Positions 10,320 to 21,166 of a DNA stretch of 64,000 bases are shown here, one piece after another. This stretch comes from Nemertoderma westbladi (lineage: Eukaryota; Animalia; Xenacoelomorpha): assembly GCA_032718475.1 (NCBI GenBank), contig JAUCBJ010007336.1:1-64000 (forward strand), given 5' to 3'. The first letter of the stretch is position 1. Every line of letters begins with the position of its first letter. The position numbers and the translations under genes are program-made. The notes below the pieces were generated by a model, which ran no database searches, had not been told where the DNA came from, and saw nothing but the letters and a program-made list of their open reading frames with translations.

Positions 10320-11803
10320 CTATTTCTCCAATTCTAATTGGGTGGTTTCTTCAGAAGCTCTCCGTTCTGCTTCTGCTACTGCCTCTGCCGCTGTCACAGC
10401 CGCCTTTCTTTCCGCTTCGGCCGCTGCCGCTGCCACTTTTCTTTCGGCTTCTGCCTCTGCCTCTGCCGCTTTTCTTTTCGCTTCTGCCTCTGCCTCTGCC
10501 GCTTTTCTTTCCGTTTCTGCCTCTGCCTCTGCCGCTTTTCTTTCCGCTTCTGCCTCTGCCTCTGCCGCTGCCACTGCCGCTTTTCTTTCTGCTTCTGCCG
10601 CTGCTACTGCTGCTGCCACTGCCGCTGTCTTTCTGTCTTCTATAGTTTTTTCTTCACTTGTTCTTCTTGGACTCTAGTGATGCGGAGGCGTTCATCAAAT
10701 TTAGCTTGGTTCGCAGCTCTCATATCCACATCGATGGCGTCCAACACACGCTGGGTTCCTTCACTATTAGGGCTAAGTCCATCTAGCCTTCTCCTCAACT
10801 CTTCATCACCTAAAAAACGTTGGTAGTCTGACAGATAGATGTCAATGGCATCCCTCTTATGCGGTTTCTCTGCTGTCGCTTCACTTTCCACTTGGGTAAA
10901 AGTAGCGTCTGTTGATTCTCCATGGGTTGAGCACTCATCCAGCTGGGCTTTCCACTGAGCCGTTCCTTGCACCTGGAGACTCACCCGTCGAAACCAAGTC
11001 TTTACGGCAACTTGCAATGACGTGTCTTGTCTTCTTTTAGAAGCCTCCTCAAAGGCCAATAAGATTAGCCTGATTCGTAGAATTCTTTCTCTAACTTGAT
11101 AAAGCAGCTGTCCCTGCTCTTGAGGTCCTTGGGGTTGTTGAAACAGTTGTTCTTCTAATCGCTCCATGGAGCTGAAGAATCCCTGTACGTATCCGGCTGC
11201 GGACCTCTTCCACACAGCTGGATCGATGGTTTCCTTGGTTACTCCCATCCTGTGTATGTCTTCCCAGGCAGCTTCTGATAAATCAAACGGGAGTCCGGGT
11301 CCGGGGAAGTTCCATTGCGACTCGACAATAGACTTCAGTTCTTCCCTTGTGTATCCCGCATAACTATCTTTAGTCGATCGCTTATTTCTCGCCCAATCGA
11401 TCTGGTGTTCTTCCACCGCAATCAATAACCTAGTGAGTACGGCTGCAGGAAGGATGAGAAGGGGGTCCGAATAAACCGCATCTGTCATCTTTGCGCCGTG
11501 CTCGGGTGTCAGCTCTACAGTATCCTCACTACTGGAGCTGTCGGGCCGTTGAGAAATAAGTTCTTGGCTCGCGGGTTGTTGCTGTTCTGCTGCTTCTTGG
11601 TCCCGCTTGACCTGAGCTCGAGTGCCTATGATAGACCTACGATGTTGGACTAGCCTAGGGTCTGATATTACTACGGGAGGGATGATCTTTCTTACAGTAG
11701 GAGGTGAGTTGAACTTCGGTCCTACACGTTCCACACTCCTGTCTGGGTCACATATGGTTGTATCTAGGAGACTGTCTGACAGGTTTTGCTTTGTGTCAGA
11801 CAT
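10320..11803 (-). pseudogene. 5' part of gag, copy A (frameshift ~10645; ~1.3 kb deletion at ~10320)
   Basis: Homologous to the 58360 ORF of copy C. A 1-nt loss at KKKRIED gives the stop at 10640. Sequence equivalent to ~29870-31200 of copy B is absent. Includes an Ala/Glu-rich repeat at 10370-10625. Confidence 0.85.
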
Positions 11804-11934
11804 GTTGGTTTGTACAGTTGAATGCCTACTGCTATATTACAGTTTAAGCAAGCCTAGTAATTCAGTATCACTGTTAGCCTAGTAATTAATTACCGATACT
11901 GCTACTCAGTGTAGCGTAATATATATATAATATA

Positions 11935-12312
11935 TTAGAATACCGGTATGCTTATAGTATATATATAAGTATTATTACAGACTAGGTTTGTCACAGAATA
12001 CCGGTATATAATTCCAGCACAAATATATATAAATATATAATAGGCCTATCGTGGATACCGGTATGCAGTTTACACTTATAGTATATATAAGTATAATTAT
12101 TAACTAGAATTAATTACAGAATACCGGTATAATTTCAGCCTAAATTTATAAATATATAATAGGCCTATCGTGAATACCGGTATACAGCTTACACTTATAA
12201 TGTATATATATAAGTATAATTACAGACTAGAATTAATTACAGAATACCGGTATAATTTCAGCCTAAATTTATAGAAATAAATATAATAAGCCTATGGTAA
12301 ATACCGGTATGT
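11935..12312. repeat. AT-rich ~60/120-bp tandem repeats centred on the ATACCGGTAT palindrome, just 5' of gag
   Basis: Seven ATACCGGTAT cores at ~60-bp spacing; equivalent arrays at 32630-33010 and 57985-58225. Confidence 0.85.
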
Positions 12313-13260
12313 CAATTATTTTAGAATAATTGAATTTCTGAATTTTTAGGGGTTACTTGGTTACTTTAACTTACTTTATTACCGTTATTTAAGCAGTAGT
12401 CCAACTGATATTGAGACCTAATTGATGTATGGCAGGCCTACTATTTATAAATCGTTTGAGTTGATTTATAATATATATACCCGTTAAAATGGGTTTTTGT
12501 CAATATTTGAAATAAATGTTATTATTTCTGGGGGGAGTCACTACACAGAAGCTGTGCGCTCTCAGTGGAGTGCTACTTGTTGGACACTAAAACAAATAAT
12601 TCTAATTTACCTAAGTTACTTAATACTACAAATTACGTACAATTCGGGTGAGATTACAATCTCTAAATAAACACAAAAATTACAAGTACGAATTTTTAGG
12701 GTAATTTTACAAGAAGTCTACAAACCAGCCTAACAAAGGGTTAGAATATCTGGTTATTACAACGGACAGGTTACTACGGTATTTGAAAATAATAAGTAGT
12801 AGTAAATATACTGCGTTGTCCAGATAGGAAAATACCACCGTCTGACGACTTATAGCCGTATCGCTATAAGTACTACGTTATGTATCACGGAGTGTTCCTA
12901 CCTAGAAGTTAATTACCGCGGTCTACCAGAACCAACGTGCCTATTAACCACTTTACAACACAAATATACTGCCTACACACTAATCACCTTCGGAAAGCAC
13001 TGTACACTAAACCCTAAATTAGGTACAAGTACTTATACAACAAATAATCAGTAGTTAAAAATACTTGAACAGCTAAAAGAACCACGGTATCTGCTGGAGT
13101 GACCGGGGCACAAAATCACCAGTCTTTACCTACGCCAAGCAGCCCTGATGTAGTACCGGGGTTAGTTTAACTATAACGGTATATATAACAAGCACAATTA
13201 CTGTAGGAATAAACTTGGGGATATGAATGTTGCGAATAATCGCATAAACTCTGAATAATA

Positions 13261-13830
13261 AATATTACGCTACGCGTACAGACTACTCAAACAAAATGCA
13301 GACCAAATACTGACAGACTACTATCAAGCCCAAACAAACTACGGTATATGCAGACTCCGAAATGGTTAGTTAGTATGCGTTCTAACCGAGTAGTACGACT
13401 TATTCTTTCGAGGGGGTTTACCTCACAGCTCTGGAAGCCCCTACGTTCCCAACTGGCACTTTATCGGACATACACTCTACACACACCGAAATCTCTTCAG
13501 ACCTAACAACAGCCAGACAAAATCCAGCCTACAAATTATCTAAATAAGAAATATTACGCTACCCGTACAAACTACACAAACAAAGTACAGACCAAACGCT
13601 GGCAGACTACTATCAAGCCTAAATACACTACAGTATATGCAGACTCCGAAATGGTTAGTTAGTATGCGTTCTAACCGAGTAGTACGACTTATTCTTTCGA
13701 GGGGGTTCACCTCACAGCACTGGCAGCCCCTACTTTCCTAACTAGTACTTTTTCGGACATATGCTCTACACACACTACAGTCTCTTCAGACTTAACAACA
13801 GTCAGACAACAGTCCAGCCTACAAATTGTC
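13261..13830. repeat. ~289-bp tandem duplication in the 5' leader of copy A
   Basis: AATATTACGCTAC... starts at 13261 and at 13550. Copy B has one unit (~33968-34250); copy C has two (~56480-57045). Confidence 0.85.
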
Positions 13831-14553
13831 TGTACAATCTGAGCAGGCTTACACGCCTTCTGCTCAATACTGGCCTACAAATAAATAAAACTGACAGAAA
13901 TAAGTAAGCTCCAAAAGAAACAAGGGGTGTACAGTCCCTAATCTCTTAAACAGCCTACCGGTATACAATTTCACAATCGAATAATACTGCTGTACCTGTA
14001 CTGCTGTAGGTACCGGTCCGGGTGGTTAGGTAGTCAGGCCTACTAGGTACCGGTTGTCCGGTACTTCAGCGTTATTGCCTACTGCAATACAGAAGCTATA
14101 TCTGTTATTGTTCTTACCAGAACAATATTAAACTGTATTTATTGCCTACCCTGCAATCCGAACTTTATATCTGTTATTGTTCGCGCTTTCAGACCTTTAG
14201 CAGTTTAACCTGCCAAATTGGGATGTCTTTTAGATAATAGATCGTCTTTAGCCTATGACAAGTATTTGATACACTACATTAGCCGAAGCCAGTCTATGCG
14301 CGATCATTCACCCGCTGGATATACCCGGGAGACTGGATTCGGAAGCCTAACCGTATTGCGGGGTAGGCCTACTGTATTATTCGACTGATCGTAATATATA
14401 TAATCTCTGACAAATATTATTCACTTTCGGGAAATATTAACAGTTCCTTTAGGACGTGGCGCTTTAAATATGTAAACAGAGTTATGACTTAAACTAGACA
14501 CAACGGGATGGCTATAGATTCACGTATATGGCGCATTCTTTAGGAGATGCTTT

Positions 14554-15338
14554 GTTATCAATCACAATCATACACAATACTGCACAATGCTGCACACTAA
14601 TCTGCCGACCTTCACTAATTTTAGTCACATATAAGGAGAACAACAGACAATACGTGTAGGGCCTATAAAATAGCATTAGATTCACTTCAAACCACTTAAT
14701 GTAAGTCGCAATCGTTATATGTATCCGGTCTCTCTAACCTTTAGTATATCAAGAAGATTGGGGTGTCTGATTATTTATCAGTATTCCAAATATAATATTC
14801 CATCAACAAATATAATGAATAACCGACAGTAAAAGCAGTAAAATGTTAAGGTATAAATTGATATGATCGTTTTGGTTAGTTATGAGTTATGATAACAGAT
14901 ATACGTTCTATAATTAAGCCTACTAATGTTGGGCTAAAGACTGAAACACGGAGGTTCCAAAGCCGGTGTTCGTAGGCTGTGGACAAAATCACATACTGAC
15001 TCAACTCCACGAGTTTCTATATACAATCTCCAACACAGAGGCAAAAAACGCTCTGATTGGTCGACCGAACAAAGAAGGAACAGAGAACAAAGAAAAGCTA
15101 CACGTGTACAGCATCAGCTGTTAGCCGTCGTCATGGTAGCTACACTGTTTACAGAGGATTTGGCGCATTGCGTCATAAAATTGCGAATTATGTCCGCTAA
15201 AGTACACATACAGAAGAAATGGCTTTTATGTCCTCTAAAACACCAGTACAGTAAGGACACGGCCTTTTATGCCTGTTAAACCAACTACAGAGTACTTTAC
15301 GGGGAAAATAACCGGCTAATTCCGCAAAAGCCTTTACA
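14554..15338 (-). repeat. 5' LTR of copy A (only the part matched by the in-window 3' LTR; true inner boundary lies further left)
   Basis: Direct repeat of 12-782; outer end ...GCCTTTACA at 15338, where homology stops. Confidence 0.9.
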
Positions 15339-15567
15339 AATGCCATAACTACAGAATCAGACCTACAATGCCCACTGCTACATACCGGTACTACGGCACA
15401 CCGGTAAATGTAGCTAGCGTTAATGACTGTAGGTTTATAGCAAAAATATTAAATAATATTGGATTGACCTACCAGATTATTACTGTAGTACAGAATACTG
15501 ATAGGCCTGCCTACCCTACAGTATTATAATATCCCTCCCCCTCCCCCCCCCCCCATCTGTTTAGTTT

Positions 15568-17831
15568 ATGTTATTATTTGCAGAAAATAAACTTTATTTC
15601 GATCTCAGCAACTCAATGAATAGAACAGGAGATGAAACTGATGAAACCTTATCGATAAAGTTACTGGAGGATTACGAGACCCGGTTGACGCATGGAATTC
15701 AATTATCTGCTGATGGAAAAAAGATTATTGTTTACGTCGATAATAAGTTGATGATTTGCGATGCTGACAGCGGGAAAAAGATTCTTACAGAAGATAGAAT
15801 TAATATCAATCCGTCGCTATATATATATGAAGCAAAATTATCGGCTGATGGAAGAAGAATATGTTACCGAACTTTAGATGGTTGGATTCATATTCGGGAT
15901 TCAACTGATGGAGAATTAATATTCGATCATTTTGATCCCCATTCTGTAATAAAGGAGGAAGATTTAATCAATAAAACGTCACCGATTCTCACAAACAGTA
16001 TAAATTTCCATCCAATTGATTCAAATATATTCTGTTTCTCGTCCCACAACGGGACTATCAGTTGTATCAATACGGAGGTCCCTGACTCCCCTATAACTTG
16101 GGAGTCCCACTCCCCTTCCCAGATAGGAGTTTCATTCTCACCAACAGCTCGACGTCTAATAACCTACTCCACTCACCCAACTCCAACTCCGGAAGTTAAA
16201 CTTTGGGATTTTATTAATTTATCTTCAATACAAAAACCAATTAAAATCGATGAGTTCAGTGAATTTGGTATAGAATGTCTAGATTGGGTTGAGGACGATA
16301 TAATAATTATAGTATACAAAGATAATGTTGAGTCGGGGGAGTTCCATGTAAAATGTTGGAACTTATTGGCTGAGCAGCTGATATGGTGGAGGAGATTTAC
16401 CCACGAGGGCTACAACCTCCACCTACAAGGAATTAAATACCTCGGAGCGGTAGATCGCGTTCTTATAATATTCGGATATCCATCGGGGCGATCGGTAGCG
16501 GTACTACTGGACGGTAAAACCGGAGAAACAACCCACCGAATGGTAACCGGTTCAATCGGACCGGTTAAGTTGTTTTCTACCCGCGCGGATGTATCTCCAT
16601 CTGGTAAGTTTACGTGTTACTGTACCGTTGGGGTCAATAATGTAACACTAAACGTTAACAGATTAGGTACAGAATCGTCCAGCGGTGGTAAACCAACTGG
16701 ATACTGGGAGGTTCGAGCTGTTCTAGATACGGAACCGGTTACCATAGCAGCGAGTACGTGGGACTCCCTCCATATAATGGATATGGAAGGGAATATTAAA
16801 CTAAATAAAGACGAAGAGAGTCGGATATGGAGGTTAACTGGAATAGAAAACCAACCGGTTTTCGCTTACGGGTGTTTCAATGGAATTATACGGGTTTATT
16901 ATAATAATAAATTAATTACTTTACCAACAACATCTACTGAACGTGTAGAGGAATTAGTTTTTGTTGCTCCATCGAACTATTTAGTTAGTATAGCGGCTGA
17001 TAAACTCAGTGTGTGGAGTTATAAAGAGTCGGTTGGTTCAGGTTTATTTGGAAATTTTTACAAATGGTTTTTTGAGAAACCGGGTAAATTACTCAGTAGT
17101 TTAGTTCCAAATCCGGGGTCTAAGATTAGGTGGTTAGTAGCATTAAACTGTAACAATACAGTAGCAACTCTAGATGAGAGCGGTAAATTAGTTCTTACCG
17201 ATATATTAACTGGTAAACATTCGGTTGTTGGTGAATTCCCAGTGGGTTGTGGTTGGAAGTTTTACCTGATTCTAGAATTATTATTGTTTATGGGTTTAGT
17301 AACAATAAGTTACTCAGTTGGTTAGTAAAAGTAACTGAAGACGGATTCCCAGTTACTGAGTTAGAAAGTTTCAGTTTATCCACAGTCACTTTCTCTCCCA
17401 ACAGCTCCTATATAGCCGTAGTAAAGGGTTCAGTTGTATTAGTTTTTACTAAAGACGGAATTCCGTTTCCTATAAATAATGAAAATTTAAATCAAAAGGA
17501 ATTGGATTTTATTAACGAAGCGAATAATTGGATTGATAAATTAGCCAATATTACTGAGTATAATAATTACCAACCTACGGCTATAATAAACACTGTAGAG
17601 GGGGTCAGAGGGGTGGACTTTGTAAACAAAGATTGTGATACGATTATTATTAGAGGCGATTTAAATATTTCGATATTTTCAGTTAAAGGTGAATTTTTAC
17701 AAAGAATTCCTATAAGAGCTGAACCTTTTTATTTTGCTATCAGCTGTTCTTTAAACTCATTGAAGTTTGTTGTTGTTGGTGAGGATCGTAATATTTATAT
17801 GTTAAAACAATTAAATAGGTTAATTAATTAA
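15568..17831 (+). CDS. WD40/beta-propeller repeat protein, split by one frameshift near 17250
   Basis: WD-like repeats (LSADG twice, FSPT..LIT..VKLWD, VKCWN, LSVW, FSPNSSYIAV) in two overlapping ORFs (15568-17325 and 17247-17831). One added T in GGTTGTGGTTGGAA would fuse them. Possible splice acceptor TTTGCAG at 15583, so this may be a terminal exon. Confidence 0.7.
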
Positions 17832-18486
17832 TTATTATGTTATTATTATACCTATTGACATTTTATACTAAATTTTTCGCGGGAAGATATAAACTTTCAA
17901 TGCAAATAACTCGGAATAATTATTTCTCGTTATTTGTGCAAATCAACAGTCAAACAGCTCAACTCGCCATCCATTTAATTTTTTAACTAATAATAATTTA
18001 GTCAATACAAACAGGTGGTTTAATTATTATATATTAAATACAATCAATTGCATATAAATATATTAATTTGTTATAATAATTTAACATTTCAATACCAATA
18101 AATGGCTATTTTTAATATTAATTATTTAAATTAAAGTGCTGTTGTTGATAATTTAATATTAATTGTTAAATTTGCAGCAATGTATTTATTGTGTTTTTCG
18201 TTTTTATAAATTAATTAATTGTAGCCTAAACATAAAGGTCGACGTTATTAGATAATTAATTTTACATTGAACGTCATTTGCGACAAATCAATAAACAATA
18301 TTTGAATCCAGAATTAGTTGTCCTACATTTTGTATTTTTAGCATAAATTTTTTACACAACTGCGCAGATCTGAAGTTATGAATCAATGAGATACAATTAT
18401 TGGTAAGAAATCTAATTTTGAGTTCGGTTTCAAGTTATCTAAAAGCTCATAGCCGTGAACGAGAAACTCACTGGAGGCAACCCGAA

Positions 18487-18704
18487 GACTCGTCAATCTT
18501 GGCTGTTATCTGTAAGGCAGAGAGGGCACCACACTTACTCCCAATGTTGAATAATCATCACTAGCCAACCTCTTTCTTTACTCCCCCCAGATTCCAGGTT
18601 CCCATATCGCTGTCCTGACGTACCAGTTACGAAATTTTAACTGATTCAGCCCGGGTTCGAACTCGGGATCTCTGATGTAGAGGCGAATAGAGTAACTCCT
18701 CCTC
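18487..18704 (-). mobile_element. tRNA-derived SINE, diverged copy
   Basis: B-box GAGTTCGAACCC on the minus strand, followed by a body (AATTTCGTAACT...CAGCGATA.GGGAACCTGG...TATTCAA.ATTGGGAGT) homologous to 18975-19201. Confidence 0.65.
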
Positions 18705-18974
18705 AAGATAAACAGATTGCGGATGTGGAGTTAAATGGAGCGATAATGTTGTGTGTGTGTGATTATCTGGCGGCGATATGCTGCCTACGGCAAGTATTGA
18801 ATGAATACATTACGGTTGGGGTTATTTAATACCTGGCGGCAACATACTCCACGGCAAGTCTAATTATTGTAACATTATATATAGAGTATGTAGTCGGGGT
18901 AATATAGGATTATATACGGAGGTATAAGATTGATAAATATGGTAATCCCAATATTTATCTAGTAACCCCTTTAC

Positions 18975-19201
18975 CATGGTGACTAGTGAATGAGTCACAC
19001 CATTGATCTCCAGCTAGGGGTCCCCTGTTCGATTCGGGGTCAGGTTAGTTACAATTTCGTAACTAGAATGTCGAATCAGCGATAAGGGAACCTGGGATCC
19101 TTGAGAACTGAAGAATGGGGTTGGATTGTGAAAGTATTCAAGATTGGGAGTGAATGTGGCGACCTCTCTAACTGACAGGTAACTGCCAAGAGATAGAAGT
19201 C
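18975..19201 (+). mobile_element. tRNA-derived SINE, diverged copy
   Basis: A-box-like TGGTGACTAGTG and B-box-like TGTTCGATTC; body shared with 18487-18704 (inverted) and 21067-21124. Confidence 0.65.
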
Positions 19202-20295
19202 TCCAATCCTTTATTTTTACCTCCATTGTTTTTCTTATAATTTCCAGTTATTGAGTAACGTCGATTTACCTGGTGAATTAATTAACTAATTTTCAGTCGG
19301 AATAAGAATTAATAATAATATATCAAAAATGCTTCAGAAACCAATAAATAATATTGTGGTAAATAGAAATAACAATTCGGTTTAGGTTCAACAGTGTTGC
19401 AACTCAGTTAATATAATGTAACTGTTATATACTGTAGGAACTCAGTTAATATAATGTAACTGTTATATACTGTAGGAACTCAGTTAATATAGTACAAGTT
19501 AATGTTATATTTTGTTTATGTTTGTTTGTAAATGTAACTGATATAATTGATTAAAGTTTAATTTGAAAATGAATTGATTTATTTAGTTTTATTTATATGA
19601 AGATAAAATTACACTAAATAATAATTGTCACTGTGACCATAGAATCAATTATTTTTATCATATCTTTTTAACCTTTTCGGTTAAACAGAAAAAACAGCAT
19701 CTGTAGTGAGAAGATATATATATATCGAGATCTGATGTCTACATTGATAGGTTGTTTAGAATGATTCGGAACTCAATTTCGACAATTTTGATATTTTGTG
19801 TCTCTTTCATGCCGTCAAAAAATCAGACAGTCTGATTTTTAGTCTGAGGCATTTTAACCCTACAGGTTAAATGACCCGTGCCATTTTACAACGTAATTGG
19901 CCCGGGGGGGGGGGGGGGTTGTGGGGTCATTGTAGAATTTATTATTGGCAATCCATATTGGATCTCTACATCCGTCGTTGTCGAAAATTCGTCGGTAGTC
20001 CGTCGGGTCTATCCCTTGCTTTGCTGTTATTTAGTTGAAACAAAGGATAAGAAGAGGACTTAGAGAAATACTTGATATTTTCACTTAAATTAACAGCAGA
20101 ATTGTGTTGGAATTTAATATACAATTTTATTATCTTAGACAACATGTAACCTACATGTACACACATGGTTAAGGTTAGAACTCAATAGAAGCACAAAAAA
20201 ATTATTAATAATAATAATAATTTGCGCTCAGTAGTAACAACACATTTTATACTTGGGTTGCTTGGCGCGGCAGTACTGTGGTGTGGGTTGCCATA

Positions 20296-21069
20296 TGTTC
20301 TAGAATAACGAAAAAAAATGAAGAGAGCTGCTGAGCTGAAGGTTTAAGAAGACGGTTGAACCGAGCCCGAATATCACGTCAGGCAAACGAGACTTACCGC
20401 TGCGCCGGTACTTCACTTTCCGTTCACTAGTACCCAAGGTATTGTCCGTGGTAATTTCCTGCACATTTAAGGCCCGGGTTCTTACCTTGAATCAATCCTC
20501 GCGCCCACGCGCTCAGGCAAACGAGACTTACCGCTGCACTGGTACTTCACTTTCCGTTCACTAGTACCCAAGGTATTGTCCGTGGTAATTTCCTGCTCAT
20601 TTAAGGCCCGGGTTCTTACCTTGAATCAATCCTCGCGCCCACACACTCCGGCCCTTCGCGATTTCAGGTACGCCCCCCCCCCCCCCTACTCCACTCTACT
20701 CGCTTCCTCTCCGCTCCGACGTTTTTAGAATATTCGGTGACGGTTCTATTTAAACACTATTCTGTGAACACTGTAGATATTTCTCTATTACATTTTGAAG
20801 GTTTAAGAAGACGGTTGAACCGAGCCCGAATATCACGTCAGGCAAACGAGACTTACCGCTGCGCCGGTACTTCACTTTCCGTTCACTAGTACCCAAGGTA
20901 TTGTCCGTGGTAATTTCCTGCACATTTAAGGCCCGGGTTCTTACCTTGAATCAATCCTCGCGCCCACGCGCTCAGGCCCTTCGCGATTTCAGGTATGGCC
21001 CGCCCCCCCTACTCCACTCTGCTCGCTTCCTCTCCACTACGATTTTCGCGTTTTTAGAATATTCGGAAC
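20296..21069. repeat. GC-rich internally duplicated repeat (three 134-bp cores), possibly a solo LTR of another family
   Basis: Core TCAGGCAAACGAGAC...CGCGCCCAC starts at 20379, 20513 and 20838; a larger block 20338-20737 recurs at 20797-21067. Ends are TGTTC...GAAC. Confidence 0.6.
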
Positions 21070-21124
21070 TGAAGAATGGGGTTGGATGGTGAGAGTATTC
21101 AACATTGGGAGTGAATGTGGCGAC
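21067..21124 (+). mobile_element. SINE internal fragment
   Basis: GAACTGAAGAATGGGGTTGGAT...ATTGGGAGTGAATGTGGCGAC matches ~19105-19163. Confidence 0.7.
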
Positions 21125-21166
21125 ATAAAAATCACAGTTTCTAAAATATAAAAATACTCTAAACAA

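Larger units (their letters stand above)
1..15338 (-). mobile_element. BEL/Pao LTR retrotransposon, copy A (runs off the window start; gag disrupted)
   Basis: Near-identical direct repeats at 1-782 and ~14554-15338, both starting TGTAAAGG on the minus strand. The internal ORF has Pao-type Gag Zn knuckles and domain order PR-RT-RH-IN. Confidence 0.95.

Noticed and set aside
5704-11882. Short antisense/overlapping ORFs within gag-pol (e.g. 7507-8163, also 27000-27656)
   Set aside because: Shadow frames of the retroelement ORF with non-ATG starts; recurrence between copies reflects nucleotide identity.
12300-14553. Primer-binding site and inner LTR boundary
   Set aside because: I found no convincing CA|TGG tRNA-complementary junction, and no complete second LTR is in the window, so neither is annotated.
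18640-19045. tRNA genes
   Set aside because: B-box motifs are present but no full cloverleaf; the shared downstream body indicates SINEs.
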